Assembly: GCA_964106645.2 (NCBI GenBank)
Contig: OZ067044.1
Length of the DNA: 64,000 nucleotides
Source of the DNA: Podarcis pityusensis
Taxonomy: Eukaryota
Direction: 5' to 3' (one strand)
The number at the start of each line of letters is the position of its first letter. Positions within the stretch are counted from its first letter, which is position 1. The position numbers and the translations under genes are program-made. This document shows positions 38,521-51,245 of this stretch, one piece after another. A model generated the notes under the pieces. The model was not told where the DNA came from and searched no databases. It saw nothing but the letters and a program-made list of their open reading frames with translations.

Positions 38521-40426
38521 GTCTTACATAGCTCTCCTGGAAAGGGGTTCCATCCATCTTGCTTTAACTCACTATGACTGTTGGTTTTATGAGCCACTGG
38601 TCCTCAGCTGCACTTACTTCCCCTTCATTTTATGCCTCCAGTTTATAATTATCAGAAGCAGATAAACAGGATGCTGACTTCTCATGGCCAAGCTTTCTCT
38701 TTCTCTCTGTTAACCACATATATGAAACACCTTTTTACATGGCTTGAATCTGTTCCCATTTCTTTGGAACTATCCTGCTGAATTTAATAGCACTGCTTAT
38801 TGTGAGGTTTATGGGTTGGATTCTAGACATTATGTGTACCAAGACAATTTGTACATTTAAAATAAAATGTTCTAATCATGAGAAAGAGAAGAAAGTTGCA
38901 ATCTCTCACCCGCCCTTTTAAAAGCACATTACCCTGGCTGTAAAGGAACTTGTATAACAAACTGCTGGAGTTATATCACTGTAGATTTCGGCTGCATTGC
39001 CTTTTGATTTTATTGTGTCCAGATTGTTTCAAATGGCATGGTAGTTATGTTTTATAACTATAAATGAGAAATTGACTATGAATACACGGTTTCTGTAAAT
39101 TTGGAAGAGCCGCTGTCTTTAATGCTACCCACAAGATTCAGATTTTGATTGGAAATTAGAATTGTGATAGCTTTTCATAAACAAATGTTTCATTATAAAC
39201 ACATACTAATTTGATCATCTGCTACTGGTATGAGAAGTGGTCCTATGTCTGGCCAAGGGAAAAAGAAGATGGCAGTGGGGCTCTAGGACCTTAGTAGAAG
39301 AAGATATTTCAACACACCATTAACCTAAGCACTACTATTAGTTCTTATGATATTTTTGTTTCCAGTTTTTCGTTTACTCAACTTATTAAAGTGAGGAAGG
39401 AAAAGGTTTTGTTATAATTTCAGTGGTTTGCTTCCTGTAGTTCTGACATCTTTGCCATTATTATGCATCATTCTTTAAAACCCACACCACCAATACTGTG
39501 AGAGATAATTCATTTCTAACTTTAGTCTAAGCCCAATACATGTTGGAAACACCAATACTTTTTTTTTTACTTAGGAGCCAGGTTTAACAAAAGATTTATC
39601 CATTTTCCAGATAAAACCATCTTTCCAATCCACACCTGGAAAAAAAATGGTTGCAGTAGAAAAGGTTATAACTTTTTAATGTACCTGAACCTTGAGCATA
39701 ATGGTGCTCCCAGATGGGAAACTGACATCACAAAAGGGTCACAAAAATCTTATTTTCTGTGTGCATGTTTGGCACATCAGCTTTCAAACCCTCTTCTTCA
39801 ATAAGGCACATTCATTGCTATTCTGCTCCTTGCCATCTATACCAGAGAGCAGACCTTATAGGAATGTATCTTGGCTATGTTTTTCTGTTCATTCCCTAAA
39901 TCTCTCATCCCCTGTCCCCCACTACATTTTCCATTCTGGGCATGTGCACAGGTATTAGCAGGCTTGTATTTTTTTTTAAGGTGGACTGGAGCAATACCCG
40001 TTTCTATTCGTTTTTAAAATGTTTATTCTGAGTTCTTGTGGAAGAGTGATATTCACTTGTAGAAGACTTGTGAAAGACCACCGTACTGCTTTTTTTGAAC
40101 AAAAACAATGTGTATACAGCAATTACAGAATTCAAAGTAACCCCTTGTGTGTACTATGTGGAGATCTTAAGAGAACAGTTCCTCCAAACCAGGTTGCTTG
40201 AATTTTAGGCATACCTTCAGTGTGCTACAATTGGTGGAATTATGGGCCAATGGAAATAAAATGGATATTTTGTGCTCAGGTGAGGAGTGCACAGAGGTGA
40301 GTGTGTGGCAAGAAAAACCAGCCACCAAAACATCATCACACACAGGACAAACCACCCACCAAAGGAAAAAGAAAATGTGCTAATCTGCATTCACAGCAGC
40401 AGTGACCGTGGATGTAAAATGAATTC

Positions 40427-41205
40427 CGTGTTCAGACCCAGAAACCTCCCCCCTAAATAAATTCACACTTGACTCAAAATTTTGATTTTGGTTTTTGGCA
40501 GAATTTAGGCCACAACTTTATTGATTACAGAAAGTGACTGGTTGCATAGGCTCTGGTTCAACTAGCTCCCTGCCATGCAGGTACTGTTGACCCAGGGTTC
40601 CAGCATAGGTCAGCCAAGGGTGAACTCCTGGATAAGCAGAAAGCCGGGAATGGGCTAACTCTGCCACCCAAATGTCCCCCTGGACTCTGGCACGGACACA
40701 ACCCTCTCTCAGGGGTTGACCAAACCATCGAGTCCCTGGATTCCTTTAACAGAATACCCTTCACATAGGGATGGCGAGAGCGTTCTCCTGTCCCTATCAC
40801 CTGAACCAGAGCCTTACAAGTTGTGACGATTTGCTACGCAGCGGGCGAAACCCAAATGGCAACAGCCTATCAGCCAAGTGGGGAAAATTCCTGCCGCGCC
40901 CCTGTCCCAATGACAGATGAGACACGACGGCATAGCAAGGTCAAGCACAAAGCCCTAAAAATAGGGAGAGATGGGTGGATGTTCCGAATGCACGTGCCGA
41001 AAGAGGAAGCTCTGGGACACGTGCATGGGCTTAAATAAGTCCCTCAAACCATTTGGACTGCGTCCCATTGGCCAGATTGCACCCAGCTTTGAGGGACCTA
41101 CCAATCGTGTGTTGAGGCTGACCAATCGTACCCACCCACAACACAGGGTGTCAGTTTTCCAGGTCTCACCGCAACACGTGCCCTCTTTAAGGGAGGACCC
41201 GATTT
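40427..41205 (-). mobile_element. Solo A-B terminal repeat of a Ngaro-type YR retrotransposon
   Basis: 40427-40809 matches 48823-49193, and about 41020-41205 matches about 49935-50105. On the minus strand it carries CCAAT boxes, TATTTAA and AATAAA. No TSD seen. Confidence 0.75.
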
Positions 41206-43523
41206 ACTGTTGCTTACAAGATTGTCTGTGTTAAGGCGAAATCCAGATTAAATTGGGGTAGGGGGGTGGGATGACATTTTGATGAAAGTGACATAGTGTG
41301 GATGCTGTGAAAAACATGCATGCCCGAATAAACGTCCACTTGGAATTACCCAAAGTCTATGAGAACTATCCCACAGGGAAGTCTGCAGCTTAATTTCATA
41401 AACCAATACGTAAAATTTCCTATTATTCCTGTATCTTTTGTAATATGTTCCCAAAAGAAAACTACACAATTACACTTGTATTACTTATCAGGTTCAGAGG
41501 ATTCCTACTTTCAGTATTGCTTTTGGCTTTACCTTTTTAATGTTTAAGCCAAAAAGCAATATTGAAGGTATGAATCCTCTGAACCTGATTAGGAATACAA
41601 GTGTAAGTGCATGGTTTTCTTCTGGGGAAATAATGTCTCTGAAATTAAAATGGCAGTCATGCAGCACAGGTGATGCTGTGTATATTATGCCCCTAGCACT
41701 GAAATATATCTCATTATGGTACCTCACAGTATATCCTTTTTTTTACTTTGTCTGAATGAATTAATATTGGGTTTGTGTTTAGCTCATTACACACAGGTTG
41801 CTCAGAGAAAGCCGTCACATAAAGTGTAGGGAATCGGCAGCTCTTGTTGTAAATTACTAACTTGGATTAGCATTTTAAAATTGATAAGCCTTCGTGCTTT
41901 ATACCTGTGAAACAAGCTAGTTTGTCTCTAGGTTATAGAATTGCATAGTACCTTCAGAATCCTAAACAAACTTCCTGTGGTATAAATACTCTTTACTGAA
42001 ATGCTCTCCAGAGGAGCCTATTGAACACCTAGGTGTGATCTGCTCTTTCAGACAGTAAACAGGCTAAGGTGACCATATGCAGAAAATGACAGATTCCTGA
42101 ACCTTTCGTTACTGGTAGAATAAATAATTCCTAAGTGTTGCCTGTCTTGTTTCCGCAAACAAAAACCCCTCTTCTGCTCACCAGAAGAGCCCTGTCATTC
42201 TTTAGAATGTGAAATTCTAAATATGGCTCGCATGAACTGCACTTTTGAATGGAAATATATCAATATCACATCTAAAATAATTACTTTTCAAATAATGTGA
42301 CAGTGAGTACAGCATGATTTAGTCAAGCTGTTCTGTTTTGTTTTATTTGACAAAATGTTACCATGCTATATACAGGAGTGGGCACCCAGCAGTCTTCCAA
42401 ATGTTGTAGGATTACAACTTCCATGATTCCTGGCCATAGGCAGTTCAAGCTGGGGCTGATGGGAGTTGGAGTCCAATAACATCTGGAGGGCCAAATGCCC
42501 CTACCCTACATAGGTGATGATCTGTCAATGGTAGGCTGATCCCAGTGGATTTTCATGGAGGGGGAGGTGTGGTCACTGCTTTAGGTGGACACTAAGCACA
42601 AAGGCCAGGCTCTTTCAGTTGCTTAATCCAGGTTGAGAGGGCATCTTTATGCTCCCCCTGGTGAGGAGTGGGAAGGGTTACAGGAAAGGGGATGTGAAAT
42701 TCATCTTATGTAAGGTCACACACTATGCCATTTGTTTATATTTGCCTTAAGATGTCCTAATCACCCTCTCCATTAAAGAAATGAGAACCTAAATGTATTT
42801 TGTCCCTGCATTTGAGTGTTCTTTGTCTGCTACCTTGGCTTTAATATCTACCTTTTAGATTAATTTGATCTGCCTGTTTATTTATTTTAAGCTTGTCTGT
42901 GACTATCTAGTTCCTGTACTTATTACAGTTTTTATGGGGTCATCAATTTAAATTATCAGTATCAATTGTATTTTGTAATACTGCATGCTTGGATTATGGC
43001 AGTTAGGGGTTTTGACTTTTAACATGCAGTTTAGTGCTGCCTTCTGATTCTGGGGCCCATTCAAAGGGCTAGCTTCCATCTTTTAAAGCAGGGGTGGAGA
43101 ACATCTGGCCTATGGGTCTTATTGGGCCTGTGAGGCCTCACCGTTTGGCAAGTAAAGCCATTTTGGCCAAGCCACACCAACCTGCCCTCATATATGATGT
43201 CAAGTATGGGGCAGATAAAGACACAGCTAAGCCAAAGGAGGTTCACAGACATCACAAATCAGCTGGTCAGTGGCGCCTAAAAAGCCCTGTGCACAGTATT
43301 TTGGAAACACCAACTGTCAGCACATTTTCAGGCTTGCATAGTGCCACACATGGAGCTACACAAGCCCTGATGATTAGTTGATAGTTGAAGCTTACATAGT
43401 TCTGTTTGCCAATGATCAGCTCACATTTGATCAGTCACCTGATATCCTTAAGGATGGCCCTCCTCACCTGCTAAATCTGGCTCATGGGGGTGGGGAAGAT
43501 CAGGATCTGATCCACCGTCTGGA

Positions 43524-43568
43524 TACACACACACACACACGTGCACACACACACACACACACACACAC
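43524..43568. repeat. (AC)n microsatellite
   Basis: AC run interrupted by GTGC. Confidence 0.95.
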
Positions 43569-43679
43569 CAGGCTTGAAAGCACTCTGTGGCTTAGAGTCA
43601 GGGCATTTCAATTACTACTGGCTTCCGTATGTACTTACTTGTATATTAGAATCTTCAACAGAAGGCCTCCTACAACTAG

Positions 43680-44010
43680 CAGACCCTCCAAGTGTCCTTA
43701 TTTTCCAGGGACATCCCTGATTTAGAGAAGCAGTCCTGGTTTCTGATTTGATCCTGGAATGTCCCACTTTTCCTTAGGATGTCTGTATTTTCATTGGAGA
43801 AATGTTGGTGGGTATGGAGTTACTTGACTCCCATCTAAAGGCAATCCTGTATTGGGAAGTTTTTTAATGTTTAATAATGATTTTTATATATGTTGGAAGC
43901 TGCCCAGAGTGTCTGGGGCAACCCAGCCAGACGTGTGGGGTAAAAATAGTAAAGTTATCATTATGGAGTAGGACGTCCCTATTTTCATTGGAGAAATGTT
44001 GGAGGGTATG
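43680..44010. mobile_element. Composite MITE-like element with duplicated right end
   Basis: Left CAGACCCTCCAA is inverted to right TTGGAGGGTATG. The right-end 31-mer occurs twice (43786-43816, 43980-44010). No TSD found. Confidence 0.55.
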
Positions 44011-44019
44011 AGTTAGATG

Positions 44020-44270
44020 GTTCAAAAGGGCCTTCTCAGTGGTGGCATCCCAGCTGTGGAGCACTCTTCCTAGATTCTCCTGGCACCTACTTTTATATTC
44101 CTTTTAGCACCAGGCAAATACCTTTTTGTTTATCTAAACTTTTCAGACTGTAGTCCTGCAGTTATGATTTTGCAGCCTTTTAGCTTGTTTTGTTTTTATG
44201 CTCATTTTGATTGTTTTGGTCTGTGTAAACTGCCCTAGGAATATAACTGAAAGGAGGTGTAAAAATAATG
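44020..44270 (+). mobile_element. L2 3' end fragment
   Basis: AGGGCCTTCTCAGTGGTGGCATCCCAGCTGTGG (RAFSVVASQLW), T-rich UTR, and a TGTAAACTGCCC...AAAAATAA tail. Confidence 0.65.
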
Positions 44271-44620
44271 AAATCTTTGTTCCATCTAGTTTAAGAATAC
44301 CATTCGTGCAAGATTTTTACCACTTACTTCATCTGTACACATCCCTGAATTGCAATTTATAAAGTCCTGACAGTGCTGGTGGGTGTTTAATCCGGAGGTC
44401 TTGGGTCAGTGTCTGAGGTCTCCATTAGATCACCATTGGTCTGCATAGTGGTAGGCATATCTCCTAAAAGAGGCTTCTGCTGTTACTTAAGATAGCAATA
44501 CACTGTGGAGAAATAGTTTTTAGGTGTTGTTAGAGGCAGACATCATTTGTTCTTGAAGGAGGGAACTCGATGGGTTGGATGGGTATATGACGGTATATAA
44601 TCAGTGAGGACAGTATAGAA

Positions 44621-44873
44621 CAGGGGTCAGCAAACTTTTTCAGCAGGGGGCCGGTCCACTGCCCCTCAGACCATGTGGTGGGCCGGATTATATTTTTTTG
44701 GGGGGTGGGGAGAATGGATTCCTATGCCCCAGAATTAACCCAGAGGTGCATTTTAAATAAAAGCACACATTCTACTCATGTAAAAACACACTGATTCATG
44801 GAGCGCCCACTGGCCAGATTTAGAAGGCAATTGGGCCTGATCTGGCCCCTGGGCCTTAGTTTGCCTACCCAAG
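44621..44873. mobile_element. hAT-Charlie-like MITE
   Basis: Ends CAGGGGTCAGCAAACT / AGTTTGCCTACCCAAG. TSD GTATAGAA / GTAGAGAA (7/8). Confidence 0.8.
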
Positions 44874-47800
44874 GTAGAGAATCAGTGAGCAGGTTGTTAT
44901 TCTCATCCTACAATAATATTTAATTGACCTAGAGGAAATAATTGTATGGAATTATTACTTTAGATCTTACACTTTAAAACAAAAGAATAGTTAGCCAGTG
45001 TGGACTACAGGCATTTTGTGGAGTGTATGCAATAGTCAGGCAGAAGTCAACCTATATGGATCCATGATCACAATTTTTAACAGCAAAACTGCCATGAACA
45101 ACACACACACACCACACAACCTATTGGCCACAACAGAACGCTTCTTTCAAGCCCAATTTCAGTGTGTGGGGAGGGAGGGTCACCTGTGGGTGCCAGGAAG
45201 GCCTCCGTGGGTGCATCACATGCAACCTCTGAGCAAGATGTTGTAAGCTGACCTGCATCAACAGGGTAGGTTGTGCTACATGGAGACTTCTATACTTGCG
45301 GTATATTGATTGCTTTGTGCAATCCTCTTGGGTAAGGCAAATCATTTTGCAGGAAGGAATAAGGTAATTTTATTCCATTAATGGGGCAAATGCCAAGGGA
45401 GCGGTTGCGTGGATCGGAATCCAAGCGTGTTCCAGAGCACAGTATTTAATGCATTATCTGCTGTATTAAAATAGGCTGATTAAATTAGGCTTGATATTGG
45501 AAACCCAGTGCAGTGGATATTCCTATCCTAATGCAGAAAAAAATAGCTTCTGCAGCAGGCAAGTCGGTATACTGTGTTACAGTAAATGAGCAAGTGTGAA
45601 AGCAGCCATCTGGCTTGAAATACTAATTGTGAACAGATGTGCTAAGACATACTGTTCTGGAAAGATAAGGTGAAAATAGCCATATTTGTCAATATAATGA
45701 GTAAACAAACATAGATTTTTCCAAACCTGCACACAGCAAATGGAAAAGAGAACCCAGATTGACTCACATAAGTGATTTTTGGATTGTGTAAAGTATCTAG
45801 ATTAAATTACTCTTCCCTTTTCTCTAAGAGCAGATGAATTCTGCAATAATCATCTGGAACCAATCTTCCATGAAATGTTTAAAAATATTCTCTCTAGTTA
45901 ATCTTTCTTCATTTTTAAAATTTTACATGGATCCAATTCCATCTGACATTATGGTACAGTAAGATTCATGCTATCAAGAAAGAAAGAAAAAAGACCTGAT
46001 GATCATCTGATGAAACTAGGAATATAGGCTAAAATTAACGTATTTATAATTAAGGTATAAAACTACTGTTAATTTTCCCACAATGTTTCCTGGGAAAGGA
46101 GGGAAGCAATGCCATTGATTAAATACAGCTAAGCACCAGATTGCAGTTATACCGCTGGAAATAATATAACAGATGAAATGTAGCTATAATATGGGGTTCT
46201 TACAATATGATACAATGTAAGTTTAGTGGAGTTAGAATTCAATGGCCAGGATTTTTTTTTACAGAAAATCAGCTACGTTGTGTACTCTGCCTTAAGAATT
46301 GGTCTGTCTCTTGAGACAGTTGGGCTTTCCCTTTGCATTTATTGATTAACCACAGTCCTCCAACATCGGAATAGGCCAGGGAACTCTAAGGTATCCCCAC
46401 TGATCCTAATACAGTCCCATTCCTTCTTAGCCCACATCCACACCATACACCATACTATACCACTTTAATAACCATGCCTCCCCACCCCCAAGAATTCTAG
46501 GAACACTTAAGAGTTTAAGGGCACTAAGAATCCTTAGGAATCCCCTATTACTTTAACAAAGCAACAATAAACCCTTCCCAGGAAATTCCTCATAGAGAGG
46601 AACAAGCCTCAATAGCACAAAAAGGTAGATTTCCACACCAAACGTGTCCATACCTTCATGTAAAGGACATTCAAGACATTTTAATGCCTGTGGTGGAAAA
46701 TCTGAATGTTGCTCTTCCAGTCATTGGCCTGATGGCTAAAAAAAAAAAAAAAGTTGTAAGCTGTTTTTTAATGGTATCCACAACTCTGTCACCTAGTGCA
46801 GTTGTCCTCTCACCTGCTAATGATATTGCTATCTTAGTCTTATTATGTTCTGTAATGTGAAAATCCACCCCGTGTTCTGTTCTGTTGCTCAGGCTTGGCT
46901 CAATGGCTGTCCATAACAAGCAGTGAAACCTGCTTTCACTTTACTCACTTAGAACTATGATTATTGTTCAGTAAGAAAGTTCACTTTAAAAACTGGATTT
47001 GGTGAATTTTGTGATGCTGTTTCTATAAAGCAGGGATTTGAAACAATACCTCTACCTGCACCAGAAACTAGGGATCAGAGAGAATTTTGATTCAGTTAAC
47101 ATTAAAAGATGAAACTACCTAAATCTCAAATTCTAAAACCATGCGTGAAACAAAACACAACCGTTCTTTGAAATTTGCACTACATGTGGAAGGCAGTCCT
47201 CCAGCCTTGTAGTGTGTACAAAAATGCATATACCAGGATAAAATGTGTGTGTGTGTTTGTGTATCTAAAACACACAGAAATGCATTATAGTGGGTAAAAC
47301 TACTTTGCAAAAATAAGTATATTTGGAAAAGTTCAAACTAAAATGCTGATTTTCACGACCCCTTCTTTTAAAAAGGCATTACCAAACTAATGTGGAAATG
47401 TAGAGAGTTGGACTTAAGATTGGTTAAATGAGAAAGTGAGAGAATCCAAAAATTAACTGATTTGACCATGCCTACTGGAAGCACAATATTTGATATGAAG
47501 CCCCATATCATCTTCCCAGCTTTCTTATTTTATCAATTTATATTCTTTCGTGGAAAATGTTGACTTAAAAAAAAAAGTGCAATCAATAATTCATGAATAA
47601 ATAAATACTCAGGCACTATTCGGCAAATGTCATGAACATTTATCAGGTTGTTATAATTATGCATTTGTTCCAAACAGTGCAAGAATTAAAAGTTTATGAA
47701 AATTCATGACGGCTCTATAGCAGCTTCACGATTATCCACATGCTTAAAGTGTAATTTTTCTCCATAGTCTGGCATGAAATATTTATGAACCTTTCACCTG

Positions 47801-48061
47801 AGGATAAAGCTCCCATTTGGAAGACAATAAGTGACAGATTATTAACGACACTGGTCACACTGTTAACATGCAGCTACACACTTCCTGCATAATTATTCCT
47901 CTATTTCAATATTATTCATTACATTGCTACTGTCAGGTTCTGACACTTAGCATGTCTGGGTGATGTTTCCAGAGAAAAGCTACATGGGTTTTGTTCACAT
48001 CATGTCTCGATCAGGTATTTTATGCTGAAGCTAAGTGGTTCTTCCCCCCCCCCAATGCACC

Positions 48062-48255
48062 TAAAGGTAAAGGTAAAGGGACCCCTAACCATTAGGTCCA
48101 GTCGTGACCGACTCTGGGGTTGCGACGCTCATCTCGCTTTATTGGCCGAGGGAGCCGGGCGGCCAGCATGACTAAGCCGCTTCTGGTGAACCAGAACAGC
48201 GCACGGAAATGCCGTTTACCTTCCCGCTGGAGTGGTACCTATTTATCTACTTGCA
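48062..48255 (-). mobile_element. Sauria SINE, 5'-truncated
   Basis: (ACCTTT)n tail on the minus strand. Body is the reverse complement of the 3' half of 50921-51245. Confidence 0.9.
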
Positions 48256-48822
48256 TCTACTGTAATGCATAATAGGAAATCAGTAAGTTGTTTGTTCCCT
48301 AGCTATCTTTCTCTGGCACATTCTAACCATTCCTTCTTACACTACAACTTAGTCATTTAGGACTAAGCCTGAGCCCCTTCCATTAAATCTAGAAACAAAA
48401 ATGGCAACCTTATGCCATATTTTTGCAAATTCACCAACTTCTGAGACAGTATCATTTTCTCCCAAAGAACTAGATAAACTGAAGCAGTGTTACAGCTTGG
48501 GCAATGCACTGTTTGGCCGCATCCTGGCTACAGACCTGATAGGAAAGCTCTCGTTGACTTCAGATTCTGCTTTTGAGCCTCTGCAGATCAGGCTGGTGTT
48601 TTATAAAAGGTGGCAGGTATGGTGCCAAGTTTTCCCATCCCCGTCCCCACCCTTATCTCTAAATCAAATCACTATTGCCAACATACCAGGAAGAAGAGTC
48701 AAGACAATCAAATGTGGGTAAATAGGTGAAAAGGGGTACTGAGAAGCCACCCAGGTTCGGTTCAAATCTTGCTCTTTCACTCTTTTCAAATAGACAGCGA
48801 CAATACTTTCCTTCCCTTTTTG

Positions 48823-50105
48823 CGTGTTCAGACCCAGAGACCTCCCCCCTAAATAAATTCACACTTGACTCAAATTTTAGTTTTGATTTTTGGCAGAATT
48901 TAGGCCACAACTTTATTGATTACAGAAGGTGAGTGGTTGCATAGGCTCTGGTTCAATTAGCTCCCTGTACCCTTGCAGGCAGCGCTGACCCAGGGCACCA
49001 GCATAAGTCAGCCAAGGGTGAACACCTGGGTAGGCAAAAAGGCGGGAACAGACTATGTTCACCACCCAAATGCCCCCCTGGACTCAGGCACTTGGGGGTT
49101 GACCAAACCAGTTGAGTCCCTGGATTCCTTTAACGGAATACCCTTCACATAGGGATGGCGAGACCGCTCTCCCATTCCTATCACCTGAACCAGTGTCTAT
49201 CCGCCATATGAGCCCCATGCCCGCGGCCAACCACTCACACCTGTAACCAATCCCTTAACTCCGCTGACACGGAGGTCAGCCACAAATCATTCCCAATTAC
49301 AGACAGATGAACCCCATCAAGCCTATAAAGGGATGCATCACGGAAGTTAATGCCCAGGTGACGGATCACCGTCCTGTCCAAGGCCAGAACCTTCTTAGCC
49401 ACTGCGCTCTGGACGCACATCCTGGCCCTCTCGGTGGCAGCTTGGCATTGGCTACCATGCCACACATGTCACTTCAACAGCTGCAACAAAAAAAAATTGA
49501 GTCCAGGAAGAGCTGCCTTCAACTCTTCCAAGTCCTCCTGCATGCGGGTCCGCAGGCTCAAGCTGGGAGCTTCCAGCAAATTGTTCTCACCCAGCTGCAC
49601 CACCATGCCTTCCGCAGACACCTTCGCCCACACCATCAGGAGAAGCTCCTCCCAACGCATTCCTCGTCTGGATATCCAGGAGATGCACACATGGTCGGGG
49701 AGTCCAAGCCTGCATCCGAATCCAGACTCCGCCACCCTCCTGCCGGCCCAGTGGACAATGCTGTGCCCGACTACCCAGACATACAGGATAGGCGGACCTA
49801 GGAATGAGCAAAGCAACATTGATAACTGTACCTCAGCTCTGCATCCAAACAGAACCCCTGTATGCATCAGATTTTCAGTGGCCCAGATCCTTGATCCTGT
49901 CGACGGACAGGCTCCAGTGCACAGCGGTAGTAGGGTCATGTGCATGGGTATATGTCCCTCAATCCTTTTAGACTGTGCCCCATTGGCCAGATTGAATCCT
50001 ACCAATCAGGTGTTGTGGCTAACCAATTCAACCCACCCACAACACAGGAGGTCAGTCTCCGGGTCTCACTGCAACACGTGCCCTCTTTTAGGGAGGACAC
50101 GATTT
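48823..50105 (-). mobile_element. Internally deleted Ngaro-type tyrosine-recombinase retrotransposon (partial A, YR stub, SGNH hydrolase, B)
   Basis: Both ends match the solo repeat at 40427-41205. YR C-terminal remnant TTAVHWSLSVDRIKDLGH*KSDAYRGSV at 49931-49845, then an SGNH frame. Confidence 0.8.
49235..49797 (-). pseudogene. Transposon-borne SGNH/GDSL hydrolase with one in-frame stop
   Basis: Track ORFs 49469-50005 and 49235-49465 are in the same frame, separated by TGA (49471-49469). Blocks VVGHSIV, RRGMRW, QLGENNL and DGVHLS are present. Confidence 0.8.
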
Positions 50106-50920
50106 GTTGCAAACACAACTGAACTTGACGAAAGGGTTAGGGGAACTGAGAAACTAATGAGTGGGGCAGTTTTGGAGGGGGGCAGAAATGCAGGACTATA
50201 TTTGTAGTGTTTAACACTGTTGTGCTTTCTGCTTCAGTTGACCTGCTGCTGGTTCTTGTGATGATTAGCGGATGAGCTTGTAGCCTTGAAATGAATTTAA
50301 AAGCATTTTGTACACCAGGCTGGGAATAGCTCAGCTGCCAAGCCCACAATCTGTGCCTAGCAGTGCATGTGTCTGACAATAACATTCACTCATATAACCA
50401 CTTTCTTCCAACTTAGAATGAAGACATTATGCAGCAGTTTTTGATTTAAACTTATCCTGAGGGATTCTAGCTAAGCTGACTTTCTCATTGGTGTCATGTT
50501 CAATTATTGTTCTCAAACAATGCTTGAAAGGAAATCTGGACTTGACTCCAAATGCTGAGGAGAACGACTTGCAGAAGTAATCTCTTTCTATTTTAGCTCA
50601 GCTTGGATATTGCTAATTTTGAAAAGAAATCTTTCCCTTTTTCTTCAGATTTTTTTGGGGGGTTTTAGTTTTGCTCCCATGCACATACCATGTGGAGCTT
50701 GAACACAGAGCTGGCCATTACATTAGAATTAAAATTCATGATGTGATGGTCCCAGCTCACCCCGTGGATTGTTCCAAATATGACTGGGAGTGGTTGAGTG
50801 GGTGGAGAATACTCCACAAAGATGCTGATTACTATCAGACCAAGACATTTTGCTACCTGAAGCAGATTCCATATAGTGCACCCCAAAAAGCCCCGTTGAA
50901 TTTAATGGAGACTACTCATA

Positions 50921-51245
50921 GGGTGGCGCTGTGGGTTAAACCACAGAGCCTAGGGCTTGCCAATCAGTAGGTTGGTGGTTCGAATCCCTGTGACGGGCTG
51001 AGCTCCCGTTGCTCGGTCCCTGCTCCTGCCAACCTAGCAGTTCGAAAGCACGTCAAATTGCAAGTAGATCAATAGGTACCGCTCCGGCGGGAAGGTAAAC
51101 GGCATTTCTGTGTGCTGCTCTGGTTCGCCAGAAGCGGCTTAGTCATGCTGGCCACAGCTCCCTCGGCCAGTAAAGCGAGATGAGCACTGCAACCCCAGAG
51201 TCATCCACGACTGGACCTAACAGTCAGGGGTCCCTTTACCTTTAC
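50921..51245 (+). mobile_element. Sauria SINE, near full length
   Basis: tRNA-like head GGTGGCGCTGTGG...GGTTCGAATCCC, body AACCTAGCAGTTCGAAAGCA, tail CCTTTACCTTTAC. Confidence 0.92.

Noticed and set aside
40427-41178. Retroviral solo LTR (TGTT...AACA ends)
   Set aside because: Homology with the second copy extends past these ends, there is no TSD, and the related element carries YR and hydrolase remnants, not integrase.
49307-50207. Plus-strand 257-aa and 164-aa ORFs
   Set aside because: Antisense shadows of the minus-strand hydrolase/YR region.
50921-51000. tRNA gene (A and B boxes)
   Set aside because: This is the tRNA-derived head of a Sauria SINE and continues into the SINE body and tail.
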